Shown: positions 27,434 to 37,349, numbered from the stretch's first letter. The stretch is DNA of 64,000 bases from an uncultured Planctomycetia bacterium (GCA_964406665.1 CAYOSQ010000008.1:3933-67932); one strand, 5' to 3'. The notes: generated by a model from the letters alone, not told the origin. A program made the numbers and translations.

Positions 27434-28468
27434 ATGGCTAAAACAAAAATCATCTGTACTCTAGGTCCTGCAAGCAACTCCGAGACGGTTATTCGTAAGC
27501 TAACTTTGTTGGGTATGGATGTTGTAAGATGTAATTTTTCCCACGGTACGCATAAGACTCATTCATCCGCAGTAAAAATAGTAAGAACTGTAAATAAGAA
27601 ATATCGTAGACACATTAGAATCTTGGGAGATTTAGCAGGTCATAGGGTTCGCATTGGTAGGCTTTGGAAGAACAAGCCGATTTATTTAAAAAAGAGAAAA
27701 ATAATTTATCTTTCCCAAAGGAATATTATCGATAAAGATAATATCATTCCTTTTGATTATTCTGGCAACTTAAAGGTTTTTAAAAAAGATCATTTAATAT
27801 TTATTGATGATGGGCGTATTTGTTTAAAGGTAAAGGGAGTTGAGAAATACAGACTTAAGACAGAAGTGGTTGTTGGAGGTTTGCTTGAGTCAAAAAAAGG
27901 TATTAATGTTCCTGAAGCTAAGTTAGAGTTTCCCAAAATAAGCAAAAAAGATAAAAAAGATATTAATTTTATTGTTGAGCAAAAATTTGATTTTATTGCA
28001 CAATCTTTTGTTAGGACAAAAAAAGATGTTTTAGAGGTAAGGAAAATTATTGCTAATCGTCTACCGGATTGTAAAATAATCTCTAAGATTGAAAATTCCG
28101 AAGGAATAAAAAATATAGATGAAATACTTGATGTTTCTGATGGCATTATGATCGCACGAGGTGATATGGGGATATCAGTTCCGATTTACAAAATACCAAT
28201 TATCCAAAAACAAATAATCAAAAAATGTAACAAAAGAAAGAAGTTTGTTATAACCGCAACTCAAATGCTTGAACATATGGTTGAAAATAGAATTCCTACA
28301 AGAGCAGAAGTTACGGATATTGCCAATGCAATTTTAGATGGCACTGATTTTGTTATGTTATCCGGAGAGACTGCAAAGGGTAAATATCCTGTTTTGGCTG
28401 CGGGGATAATGAGTAAGATAGTAAATTTTACTGAGGGGTCTTCACTTTACAAGAAAATTCGAACATAG
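27434..28468 (+). CDS. pyk: pyruvate kinase, short form lacking the C-terminal allosteric domain
   Basis: KTKIICTLGPAS, NFSHG, KIE, IARGDMG, ATQMLE, PTRAE, MLSGETAKG; stops at 344 aa. Confidence 0.92.
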   Translation: MAKTKIICTLGPASNSETVIRKLTLLGMDVVRCNFSHGTHKTHSSAVKIVRTVNKKYRRHIRILGDLAGHRVRIGRLWKNKPIYLKKRKIIYLSQRNIIDKDNIIPFDYSGNLKVFKKDHLIFIDDGRICLKVKGVEKYRLKTEVVVGGLLESKKGINVPEAKLEFPKISKKDKKDINFIVEQKFDFIAQSFVRTKKDVLEVRKIIANRLPDCKIISKIENSEGIKNIDEILDVSDGIMIARGDMGISVPIYKIPIIQKQIIKKCNKRKKFVITATQMLEHMVENRIPTRAEVTDIANAILDGTDFVMLSGETAKGKYPVLAAGIMSKIVNFTEGSSLYKKIRT

Positions 28469-28480
28469 AAGGGAGCTTTG

Positions 28481-29203
28481 ATGAATTTATTCTTATTTGT
28501 ATTTATTATTGTTGTTTCTTTTATCGCTGTTAGAATAGGCGCGATAGCTTTCCAGCTTACTGGTCTTGAGTGGTCATTAGCTAAATTTCAATCACTTTCT
28601 TGTTTTACCGGTACAGGATTTACTACAAGAGAAGCTGAGCTTGTAACTGGGCATCCTCAAAGACGGCGCATTGCTACCGTTTTAATTGTTCTAGGTCATG
28701 CAGGTTTCGTTACTTTGATTGCAACTTTTGTAAATTCCCTAAGGCCTGATGCTGTGATTTCTATATTTTCCCCTGCGTATTTACGTTCTGCTATACCAGT
28801 AAATTTAGTTCCTTTTGTAAATCTTTTAATAATGTTAATAATTATTTATGTATTCTATAAAATTTTCGCAAGTGTAAAAATAGGCGATAGAATAACTGAT
28901 TTTTTAAGAACGAGCATGGTAAAAAGAGAGCTGGTTAAGCGCGTGACCTTTGAAGAGCTTATTATCGCAACAGGCGGATATGGTGTTTCACAAATTGAAA
29001 TTTGTCAGGATAGCCCTGTTTTAAATAAATCTCTTATAGAATCTAATCTAAGGGCTCACGACATTACTGTTCTTGCTATAGAAAGAGAACATTTGGTAAT
29101 GCCTAATCCTGCAGCAAATACTCAGATACTTTTAGGGGATAAAGTTATTTGTTTTGGAAAATTAGAAAATATCAGGAAAGAGCTTTGCGTGGTTCCAGAA
29201 TGA
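28481..29203 (+). CDS. membrane protein with a channel-like FTGTGFTT segment and a C-terminal TrkA-C (RCK_C) domain
   Basis: FQSLSCFTGTGFTTREAE; C-terminal SPVLNKSL...VLAIER...GDKVICFG. Confidence 0.8.
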   Translation: MNLFLFVFIIVVSFIAVRIGAIAFQLTGLEWSLAKFQSLSCFTGTGFTTREAELVTGHPQRRRIATVLIVLGHAGFVTLIATFVNSLRPDAVISIFSPAYLRSAIPVNLVPFVNLLIMLIIIYVFYKIFASVKIGDRITDFLRTSMVKRELVKRVTFEELIIATGGYGVSQIEICQDSPVLNKSLIESNLRAHDITVLAIEREHLVMPNPAANTQILLGDKVICFGKLENIRKELCVVPE

Positions 29204-29232
29204 TATTTGTTAATTATTAAGAAAGGAAAGAG

Positions 29233-29709
29233 ATGAGCTCCCAGGATACTTATTTGACAAGAGAAGGTTATCAGAAATTAATGAAAGAGCTTGAATATTT
29301 AAAAACCGAAAAACGCAGAAAGCTTGCTAAAGCAATTGGAGTGGCCAGAGATCATGGAGACATAAGCGAGAATGCAGAATATGATGCTGCCAAAGAAGCT
29401 CAGGCATTAAACGAAGAAAGAATTTCACAGTTAGAACTTAAGTTAAGTAGGACGCGAATACTTGATGATGAAAATATAGCAAAAGATAAGGTTTTAATTG
29501 GGGCTAAGGTAATGCTTAAAGATTTAGATACAGAAGAAGAGTTTGGGTATACTTTGGTATCCGAATTGGAAGCAGATTATGATCAAGGAAAAATTTCTGT
29601 TGGTTCACCAATAGGCAAAGGACTTTTGGGGAAAAAAGAAGGAGAGACGGCTGAAATAATTATTCCTGCCGGAACTTTAAAATATAAAATATTAAAAATC
29701 TCTAGGTAA
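29233..29709 (+). CDS. greA: transcription elongation factor GreA
   Basis: LTREG, HGDISENAEYDAAK, SPIGKGLLG. Confidence 0.96.
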   Translation: MSSQDTYLTREGYQKLMKELEYLKTEKRRKLAKAIGVARDHGDISENAEYDAAKEAQALNEERISQLELKLSRTRILDDENIAKDKVLIGAKVMLKDLDTEEEFGYTLVSELEADYDQGKISVGSPIGKGLLGKKEGETAEIIIPAGTLKYKILKISR

Positions 29710-29734
29710 GCTTTGTTGAAAAAGGGGGTATTAA

Positions 29735-30556
29735 TTGGACGGTCTTTTTTTGAGCCCAGTTGAAATTTCGAGAACTTTAAGCAAAATTGGTGTTAAGAAG
29801 GCAAGGGCAACTATCCTTGAACTTTTGGTTTTTGGAGTATTGGCTGGAATTTATGTAGCTTTTGGTGCTAATGTTTCAATAGCTGTTTTAAGCGGAGGTA
29901 CGCTTGATCCTGGAGTGGCCAGATTTTTAGCCGGAAGTGTTTTTAGTGTTGGTCTTATGCTTGTACTTATTCCTGGCTCAGAGCTTTTTACCGGCAACAT
30001 TCTAATGACCATAGGTTTTATCTATAAGAGGTATTCATTTCTTAAAATCCTGCGTAATTGGTTATTCGTTTACTTTGGAAATCTGTTAGGTGCTCTTATT
30101 ATAGCTTGGTTGTTATATAATTCCGGACTGCTGGTGCGTTCAGGAGAGATTACTTCGATGGGTATTGTTGCTGCTAAAATAGCTGATGCAAAAATGCAGC
30201 TAGGTTTTGTTGAAGCTTTGTCTAGGGGGATTTTATGTAACATGCTTGTTTGTCTTGCTGTAATAATGGCGATTGCTTCGCGTTCTGTAGTAGGTAAGAT
30301 TTTTGGAATTTATTTTCCTATTATGGCTTTTGTAGCTTCGGGTTATGAACACTCGGTAGCAAATATGTTCTTTTTACCCATGGGGCTTTTAGTAAGGGGT
30401 GAATTTTTATCTCAGTTTTTCTCAATATTTAATAATCTAATACCTGTTACTATAGGAAACATCATAGGAGGATTATTGATTGTTTTACTCCATCCTAAAA
30501 TTGAAGAAAAAATCGCCAGCTTGCTTATGAGAAAAAAGAAAAATGAAAATAAATAA
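29735..30556 (+). CDS. formate/nitrite transporter (FNT family)
   Basis: GSELFTGN, LCNMLVCLAV, FVASGYEHSVANM, GNIIGG; TTG start. Confidence 0.92.
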   Translation: MDGLFLSPVEISRTLSKIGVKKARATILELLVFGVLAGIYVAFGANVSIAVLSGGTLDPGVARFLAGSVFSVGLMLVLIPGSELFTGNILMTIGFIYKRYSFLKILRNWLFVYFGNLLGALIIAWLLYNSGLLVRSGEITSMGIVAAKIADAKMQLGFVEALSRGILCNMLVCLAVIMAIASRSVVGKIFGIYFPIMAFVASGYEHSVANMFFLPMGLLVRGEFLSQFFSIFNNLIPVTIGNIIGGLLIVLLHPKIEEKIASLLMRKKKNENK

Positions 30557-31760
30557 ACCAGAACTAGTGGCTCCGTCAGGAAATTGGTCGTCGTTGATTA
30601 CTGCTGTAGAAAACGGCGCCGACAGCGTGTATTTCGGCGTTAAGGGTCTTAATATGCGAAACAACGCGGAAAATTTTGATATCTTAGAGCTAAAAAAGAT
30701 AATGAATTTTCTACACTCGTATGAGAAAAAAGGCTACCTTGCTTTAAATACAATTATTATGAATAAGGAGTTAACTAAAGCTGAGAAGCTCCTTAGAGAG
30801 GCAAAAAAAGCAAAGGTTGATGCAGTAATAGTTTGGGATATGGCGGCTCTTTCTTTGGCTAAAAAAATAGGTCTGCGTGTCCATCTTTCTACTCAAGCTA
30901 GCGTTTCCAATGTTAAGGCATTGTCTTTTTTTGCTAGTCTAGGTGTAAAAAGAGCTGTGCTCGCTAGAGAGTGTACTCTTGAGGATATAAGTTCAATAAA
31001 AAAATCATTAAGTAAGCTTAAAGCTCGTTGTGAAATAGAAGCCTTTATCCACGGAGCAATGTGTGTAAGCATTTCCGGGAGATGTTTTCTGTCTCATTAT
31101 TCTTTTGGAAAGTCGGCAAATCGCGGCGAATGTCTGCAGCCTTGTAGGAGAGAATATTATATTTCAGATAGAGATAAAGAGTTAGATTACGTGCTTGGCA
31201 ACGATTATGTTTTAAGTCCGAAAGATTTATGCGCAATCGATTTTATTGAAGATTTAATAAAAGCAGGAATAAATGCTTTTAAAATAGAAGGCAGGATGCG
31301 TTCTGAGGAATATATAAAGATAACTACTTCGGTTTATAGACAGGCGATAGATGCTTTTTTCAGTGCAAAACTAAATGCTTCATTAAGGAAATCTTTGAAG
31401 CAGCAACTTAAAACAGTATACAATCGTGGATTTTCTACAGGGTTTTATTTTGGTAAACCAGTTGATTCTATCAGTAGAAACTTAGAGCATCTCTACGAGA
31501 AGATTTTTATTGGAGAGGTAAAAAAGTTTTTTAATAAAATTAAAGTTGCTGAAATTAAATTGAGAAATGAATCGCTAAGCAGTGGTAATCAGATATTAAT
31601 CATTGGAAAAAACACGCCAGCTAATATTACAGTAGTTAAAGAATTGCAGCTAAATCATAAGCCTGTAAAAAGTGTGAAAAAAGGCGATGCAGTTGGTGTA
31701 AAACTCCCTTTTGTTGTTAAGGCAAAAGATAAAGTTTTTTTATGGAGAAAAAAGAAATAA
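30543..31760 (+). CDS. U32 'peptidase' family protein (TrhP/RlhA-like RNA hydroxylase)
   Basis: PELVAPSG, HLSTQ, HGAMCVSISGRC, NRGECLQPCR, KIEGR. Confidence 0.9.
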   Translation: MKINKPELVAPSGNWSSLITAVENGADSVYFGVKGLNMRNNAENFDILELKKIMNFLHSYEKKGYLALNTIIMNKELTKAEKLLREAKKAKVDAVIVWDMAALSLAKKIGLRVHLSTQASVSNVKALSFFASLGVKRAVLARECTLEDISSIKKSLSKLKARCEIEAFIHGAMCVSISGRCFLSHYSFGKSANRGECLQPCRREYYISDRDKELDYVLGNDYVLSPKDLCAIDFIEDLIKAGINAFKIEGRMRSEEYIKITTSVYRQAIDAFFSAKLNASLRKSLKQQLKTVYNRGFSTGFYFGKPVDSISRNLEHLYEKIFIGEVKKFFNKIKVAEIKLRNESLSSGNQILIIGKNTPANITVVKELQLNHKPVKSVKKGDAVGVKLPFVVKAKDKVFLWRKKK

Positions 31761-31761
31761 C

Positions 31762-32550
31762 ATGAAGAAGATAACTTTATTTCTTTTATTAATTTTGTCG
31801 TTTGGTCAGCAAAGTTTATTTGCTCAAGAACCCCTTGTTAAAGTAACCTATGAGTGTTTTGATTTAAAGGGTAACAAACGTTGGAATGCTACAGTGCAGC
31901 TTGAAAAATCAACTGGTAAAAACAAAATTTCCCGTTTAGTCGAGAGAGGAGCTGGAAGATACGGAGATTTTGAATATGAGATAGACTGGACTGCGATTTT
32001 AGAATTTAGAAGCACTGAAGATTCACTTGTGCCTCTTCTGGGATACCGAAATTTCTATGATAAGCAGGGAGAATTAATTGCCAGAGAAGAGCAGAGGTAT
32101 GATCATAAAGAAAATAAAGTCTTTTTCAGTAAAAAGGACTTAATCAAAAATACTAAGATAGAGAAAGAGTTTAGGTTTAAGGGTGATATTGTAGATAGAA
32201 TGCTCATTGAGTTTTATATTCAAAAATTTCTTAAAAACGGAGAAACCAGAAGAAGAGTTAATATGCTGACCACTGCACCGCAGCTTTACAATTTGACCAT
32301 AAGAACAGTTGGTGAAACTAATGTTGAATATAATGGAAAAGAAGTAAAAGCTCTTAAATTGTGTCTGGATCCTAATCTTGGAATTCTGAATTTTATAAAG
32401 ATAATTTTGCCAAAAGCATATACATGGCATGCAGCAGAGAAAAATTTTGAGTGGATAAAATATATTGGATTAGAAAGCAGCTCTTCTTCACCAAAAGTAG
32501 AGATAAAAATGGTAGAAACTATTATTCAAGAGGGGGAATGGCAATTATGA
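31762..32550 (+). CDS. exported beta-rich hypothetical protein (DUF3108-like)
   Basis: Signal peptide MKKITLFLLLILSFGQQSLFA; start set to ATG 31762. Confidence 0.65.
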   Translation: MKKITLFLLLILSFGQQSLFAQEPLVKVTYECFDLKGNKRWNATVQLEKSTGKNKISRLVERGAGRYGDFEYEIDWTAILEFRSTEDSLVPLLGYRNFYDKQGELIAREEQRYDHKENKVFFSKKDLIKNTKIEKEFRFKGDIVDRMLIEFYIQKFLKNGETRRRVNMLTTAPQLYNLTIRTVGETNVEYNGKEVKALKLCLDPNLGILNFIKIILPKAYTWHAAEKNFEWIKYIGLESSSSSPKVEIKMVETIIQEGEWQL

Positions 32551-33329
32551 AGACATTAATATTTTATTTTTCTGCAACAGGAAATTCTTTAAAAGTAGCC
32601 CGCGATCTCGCAAATAAACTCGAAGATGCTCAAATTATTTCTATATCTCAAGCTATTTCTGATGATTGTATTTATCCTGATGCACAGTGTATCGGAATAG
32701 TTTATCCGGTTTATATGTGGGGGATGCCTTTGCTTGTTGCTGATTTTATCGAGAGGCTTAACACTAATAAGGGTGCCTATATTTTTTCGATTGCTACTTT
32801 TGGCGGGATGTCGGGAAGTGCTTTGAAGTATACCGGGAAAAAGCTATCGCTTAAAGGTATGGAGTTATCTGCCGGTTTTCTGGTGCAGATGCCCGGTAAC
32901 TATACGCCTCTCTATGGGGCAATTCCCGAAGAGAAACAAAAAGAGATGTTCAAAAAAGCCGAAGAAAAGATTAAGCTTATCGCAGAAATTGTTAAAGAAA
33001 AAAAGAAGTCTCAAATAGAAGCGAGCTTCTTTATGGCCAATTGGATTTTTTCAAGCACACTGTATAAAATATTTGCTCCCAAGATTCCCATGATGGATGT
33101 TTCTTTTTGGATAGATGAAAAGTGTAATAGTTGTGGAATTTGTGCCAAGGTTTGCCCCGTTGGCAATATTGAAATAGTAGATGGTAAACCTGTGTGGCTC
33201 CATAAATGTGAACAATGTCTTGCTTGTCTTCAATGGTGTCCGCAGGAAGCAATTCAGTTTAAGAAAAGTACGGTCGGGCGTAAGCGCTATTGTCATCCGG
33301 AAGCAAAGGTAGAAGATTTCATGCTTTAA
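32547..33329 (+). CDS. EFR1-family flavodoxin-ferredoxin fusion
   Basis: YFSATGNS, PVY, MPGNY, two CxxCxxCxxxCP clusters; ATGA overlap with the upstream stop. Confidence 0.9.
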   Translation: MKTLIFYFSATGNSLKVARDLANKLEDAQIISISQAISDDCIYPDAQCIGIVYPVYMWGMPLLVADFIERLNTNKGAYIFSIATFGGMSGSALKYTGKKLSLKGMELSAGFLVQMPGNYTPLYGAIPEEKQKEMFKKAEEKIKLIAEIVKEKKKSQIEASFFMANWIFSSTLYKIFAPKIPMMDVSFWIDEKCNSCGICAKVCPVGNIEIVDGKPVWLHKCEQCLACLQWCPQEAIQFKKSTVGRKRYCHPEAKVEDFML

Positions 33330-33364
33330 GGAAAATAATTCATAAGTAAAAGCGAGGTGGAAAA

Positions 33365-33772
33365 ATGAAAGCCGTATTAGGAAAACATTTAATTGTTACC
33401 GTTGATAATAAAGTCGGAACTTTAGCACAGGTAACTAGTGCTATTTCGTCTTCGGGTATTAATTTAGTCGCAATTTGTGCTTATGCCGTTGACAATACTG
33501 GCATTATTATGTTTGTTTCTGAAGATAATGTAAAGGCACAGAAATTATTAAAGGCAAAAGAATATAATGTTCGCAGTGAAGAAGCAATATTGCTTTCTAT
33601 TGACAATAAGCCGGGAGTCTTGCAGTCTATAACAGAAAAGATAGCTGAATCAGGGGTTGACCTAACACTTATTTATGGAAGTGTTGAGAAAAAAGAAAAG
33701 ACAAGTAGCATTGTTATGATTTCAGAAAATAATAAAACTGCTTTGAAGATAATAAATGCGTTTATGCAATAA
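33365..33772 (+). CDS. tandem ACT-domain protein
   Basis: VDNKVGTLA...GINL and IDNKPGVL...GVDL. Confidence 0.88.
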   Translation: MKAVLGKHLIVTVDNKVGTLAQVTSAISSSGINLVAICAYAVDNTGIIMFVSEDNVKAQKLLKAKEYNVRSEEAILLSIDNKPGVLQSITEKIAESGVDLTLIYGSVEKKEKTSSIVMISENNKTALKIINAFMQ

Positions 33773-33788
33773 TTAACTTGCAGGATCA

Positions 33789-34718
33789 ATGGAGAAGAAA
33801 CTACTCGGTTTAATTAATAGTATTAAAAAAGAGTCAAGGCTGCCTGAGCTCTACAATGCAGCGCTGAAATCTCTATATCTTAATCATGAATACGAGTATC
33901 AAGTTTTTCCGGTTAAGCCTGAAAGGTTTGATGCTTTTTTCTCGAAGCTAGATTCAAAAGGTATCTACGGTTTTAATATTAGCATTGAGCATCAGGATAA
34001 AATTTCAGCTATGGTTCAGTTAGATGAAGCAGCCGATTACTTAAATAATCTAAAATTAGTAGATACAGTAGTGAAGAAATATGGAAAATGGAAAGGGCAT
34101 AATGTTTCTGTAGATGCTTTTATAGATGATTTAAAAGATCATTTTGATCCACATGATAAAAGATGCATTGTTATTGGTGCTGGTTATTGGGGAAAGGTTG
34201 TTACTTGTGCCCTTGCCCAAGAGGGTGCCAAACAGATCTGCATATATGATAAAGATGAAAAGCAATTGGATGCATTGGTTTCTCTGATAAGAGTAGTTTT
34301 CTCTGATATTGAGATTCTTCCCATTGCATCTTTCGAAGATATTGATATGGGTGGTAAAGAATTGATAGTCAATACAACTTCATTGGGCAAGAAGTTAACT
34401 GATCCCCTTCCGATTAAAGAGAAATATATCAATAATACGATGTTTATATATGACATTATTTGGGAACCGGGAGAGACAAGGTTACTGCATAGTGCAAAAT
34501 TGGGAGGTTTGGCTACCAGTAATGGTTTGGGTATGTTTTTGCGACAGATAGTTTTTTCTCTTGAGATTTTTGTAGGAAAAACAGCATCTGTGGATATTTT
34601 GCGCAGTGTTTTATCGGGTGAGAGCGAAAAGAAGAAGAAAACTGTTCTTATGGTCTTATGTGGTATTGTTTTTTGGTTGATTGTTTACATAATATTTTAT
34701 TTCTCTTTACGTCTTTAA
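33789..34718 (+). CDS. shikimate dehydrogenase-fold protein with altered catalytic residues and a C-terminal TM anchor
   Basis: AroE landmarks GFN, GAG, VNTTSLG, YD...P.ET.LL, NGLGM..RQ; ends KKKK plus a hydrophobic helix. Confidence 0.8.
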   Translation: MEKKLLGLINSIKKESRLPELYNAALKSLYLNHEYEYQVFPVKPERFDAFFSKLDSKGIYGFNISIEHQDKISAMVQLDEAADYLNNLKLVDTVVKKYGKWKGHNVSVDAFIDDLKDHFDPHDKRCIVIGAGYWGKVVTCALAQEGAKQICIYDKDEKQLDALVSLIRVVFSDIEILPIASFEDIDMGGKELIVNTTSLGKKLTDPLPIKEKYINNTMFIYDIIWEPGETRLLHSAKLGGLATSNGLGMFLRQIVFSLEIFVGKTASVDILRSVLSGESEKKKKTVLMVLCGIVFWLIVYIIFYFSLRL

Positions 34719-34765
34719 TTAAGAAAAAACTGTTAAAAAGAGTATTTTTGTTAAGGAATCAAATA

Positions 34766-34794
34766 TTGTCATTTTCCGTAATCTATGTTATTAT
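34766..34794 (+). promoter_or_regulatory. sigma70-type promoter for the mscS cluster
   Basis: TTGTCA(34766-34771)-N17-TATTAT(34789-34794) with extended TG. Confidence 0.55.
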
Positions 34795-34835
34795 AATAAC
34801 TTACTTTCGTGCTTAAAAAATGGGGGGGGTATTGA

Positions 34836-35909
34836 ATGCAAGATTTGACTATTTTAGGAATAAAAGTAGCAGCTTGGATTTACGCACCAGCTGTTTATTT
34901 AGTTTGGGTTAGCTTCTTTCTTTTTTTAAAAAAGATAGTATTCTGGAGAATCGAAAAATTTGCTGCAAAAACATCTTCTAAATTAGATGATATTATCTTA
35001 AGTGCTCTAAATCTTCCGCTTGTTATGCTGATTTTTGTAAGCGGTGCTGTTATCTTGGAGAAGATTTCTCCGATTAGTAAAGAGGCAGAGCTTACTACAT
35101 ATTTTATCGTTGCTCTTAAAGCTACCACCATTATTGCGGTTGTGATGTTTTTTGACCGCCTGCTTAAGAATTTAATTCAAACATATAGCCATAAGGTTGA
35201 TATACTTCAAACTTCTAAGGGTGTTGCTCAGGGAGTTGTTAGGGCAGTTGTTATCGGTTTAGGGTTGTTGATCCTAATGGATAGTTTTGGGGTTTCAATT
35301 ACTCCTGTGCTTGCTTCTTTAGGTATTGGTTCTCTGGCAGTTGCCTTAGCGCTTCAGCCGACTTTGGAAAACTTCTTTTCTGGGATTCAGATAGTAATAG
35401 ATAAACCTATACGCGTAGGCCAGTTTATTAAACTTGATTCCGGGGAAGAGGGGTATGTTCATAAGATAGGATGGCGTTCTACTTGGGTGAGACAGCTTCC
35501 AAATAACATGGTGGTAATTCCTAATAAGGTTTTAGTTAATTCTAAAATACTTAATTATTATTATCCCGAGGAAGAAATGGCTGTTTTGGTTCAAGTTGGC
35601 GTTCATTACGAATCTGATTTGAAAAAAGTGGAACAAGTTACTATTGATGTTGGTAAAGAGATTATGAACACTACCGGTGGATGTCCTGATTTTGTACCAT
35701 TCATCAGATACCACACTTTTAATGATTTCAGCATAGACTTTACTGTTATATTGCGCTGTAAAGAGTTCGTTGATAATTATCTTATTAAGCACGAATTCAT
35801 AAAGAAATTACATGAACGTTATGCTAAAGAGGGAATTAATATTCCTTATCCTATCAGGGCAATAAATTATTCTCAAGAAAAAGCATTTGAAGAAAAAGGA
35901 AAGAAATAG
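34836..35909 (+). CDS. mscS: small-conductance mechanosensitive channel
   Basis: LGIGSLAVALALQPTLENFFSG, KPIRVGQ, IGWRST, IPN, GINIPYP. Confidence 0.93.
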   Translation: MQDLTILGIKVAAWIYAPAVYLVWVSFFLFLKKIVFWRIEKFAAKTSSKLDDIILSALNLPLVMLIFVSGAVILEKISPISKEAELTTYFIVALKATTIIAVVMFFDRLLKNLIQTYSHKVDILQTSKGVAQGVVRAVVIGLGLLILMDSFGVSITPVLASLGIGSLAVALALQPTLENFFSGIQIVIDKPIRVGQFIKLDSGEEGYVHKIGWRSTWVRQLPNNMVVIPNKVLVNSKILNYYYPEEEMAVLVQVGVHYESDLKKVEQVTIDVGKEIMNTTGGCPDFVPFIRYHTFNDFSIDFTVILRCKEFVDNYLIKHEFIKKLHERYAKEGINIPYPIRAINYSQEKAFEEKGKK

Positions 35910-36665
35910 ATGGATTCGTTGACGATCACTATAATTTTCATTGCTGTTTCTACTCTCGTGGGTGCTTTTATAAAGGGAAGAATCCGCGATAAATGTCTTT
36001 TGGATTTTAACGCAGAGCCGGTAAATTTAGAACTTAAAGACGGTAAAGTGATTTGGGGGATTTTGCGTATCGAGGCAACTGGTTTAGAGCTCGTATATAA
36101 AGAATCTTATTTAGATAAAGCAGATAATCACATTGAAAATAGCTTTTTGCTTTATAAGCACGAATATTCCACGATTGAGTGTATTGCGCGCTTTGTCGAA
36201 GATTTAAATGAATCACAGGCAAAAAAGCGAGAGGGTGCATTAAAGAAACTTCATAGCCAAAGAGGTGTCAGGCGTTTAGGTAGAAGATTCAGAAACTTTT
36301 TTGCTACTGTCAGAGATTCTGTCATGGAGGTAGCTAATTTATTAATGGGTAGAGTACGGCAGGCTGGTTCTGTTGGAAAAGTTATGGAAGGAAGAGATAA
36401 ATATGTTAATAAAATGAAAGAAGGAGTTTTCTCTTCGTTGAATACTTCTTTCGAACCTCTTTTAGAGAAACATCTAGGTAAGAAAATAATCTTAGAAATT
36501 GCTAAGGAAGGAAAAATTGTCGAATATTCCGGTGTTTTACGAAGATATACTGCAGAATTTATTGAAGTAATGGACGTTGAATATGATATGGCTGATAAAG
36601 GAAAACGTAAGACAGATATTGTTGTTCCTCGTTCTGTCGGCATTATTCGTCATCTTAGCGGGTAA
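35910..36665 (+). CDS. membrane-anchored hypothetical protein with two Sm/LSm-like segments
   Basis: N-terminal TM; VNLELKDGKVIWGIL and LGKKIILEI...YSGVLRRY...VMDV...IVVPR. Confidence 0.65.
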   Translation: MDSLTITIIFIAVSTLVGAFIKGRIRDKCLLDFNAEPVNLELKDGKVIWGILRIEATGLELVYKESYLDKADNHIENSFLLYKHEYSTIECIARFVEDLNESQAKKREGALKKLHSQRGVRRLGRRFRNFFATVRDSVMEVANLLMGRVRQAGSVGKVMEGRDKYVNKMKEGVFSSLNTSFEPLLEKHLGKKIILEIAKEGKIVEYSGVLRRYTAEFIEVMDVEYDMADKGKRKTDIVVPRSVGIIRHLSG

Positions 36666-36680
36666 AACAAAAAGAAGAAA

Positions 36681-37349
36681 ATGGTATTTTTTAGAGCTGC
36701 GATATTCGATTTAGATGGTGTGGTTGTTAACATTGTGCCTTTGCATTTTAAGGCCTGGAAGAAAATGTTTGATGAATATGAAACTGATTTTGATTTTTTT
36801 GCCTACAAGCAAAAAGTAGACGGTATTTCCAGGCTAGACGGTGCTCGAGCAATATTATCCGATGTATCCAAAAGTGAGCTAGATAGAGCTGCAGCCCGCA
36901 AGCAGGGATATTATCTGGATTTTGTTGAAAAAGAAGGTGTAAAAGTATATCAAAGCACCGTTGATCTCATAAAGGCTTTAAGAAAAAAACAAGTCAAAAT
37001 CGGCGTTATTTCAGCAAGTAAAAGCTGTCATCTTATTCTTGAGAAAGCCAATTTACTCAAATTTGTAGATGTTGAAGTAAATGGTAATGATATAACTAGA
37101 AGTAAGCCAGACCCACAAATTTTTCTCATGGCACTTGAGAAGCTTGATGTGTGTTGTGATGAGAGTATTATTTTTGAAGATGCATCTTTAGGTGTTGAGG
37201 CGGCAAAAAAGGCAGAAGTTGTAACCGTTGGTGTAAATAGACACAGGGATTCTAGGCGTCTTAAGAAAGCAGATTTAGTGGTTAAAGATCTATCTGAAGT
37301 CAATTATTCTAAATTGAAAGAATTGCTAAAAAAGAAAGAAGAGAAATGA
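36681..37349 (+). CDS. pgmB: beta-phosphoglucomutase-family HAD phosphatase
   Basis: DLDGV, HFKAW, GISRLD, SASK, KPDP, FEDA; upstream of GH65. Confidence 0.85.
   Translation: MVFFRAAIFDLDGVVVNIVPLHFKAWKKMFDEYETDFDFFAYKQKVDGISRLDGARAILSDVSKSELDRAAARKQGYYLDFVEKEGVKVYQSTVDLIKALRKKQVKIGVISASKSCHLILEKANLLKFVDVEVNGNDITRSKPDPQIFLMALEKLDVCCDESIIFEDASLGVEAAKKAEVVTVGVNRHRDSRRLKKADLVVKDLSEVNYSKLKELLKKKEEK

Noticed and set aside
35907-35912. Read-through fusion of mscS with the next ORF (in-frame TAG-ATG)
   Set aside because: The downstream ORF has its own upstream purine-rich RBS and an N-terminal TM helix; translational coupling is the simpler explanation.
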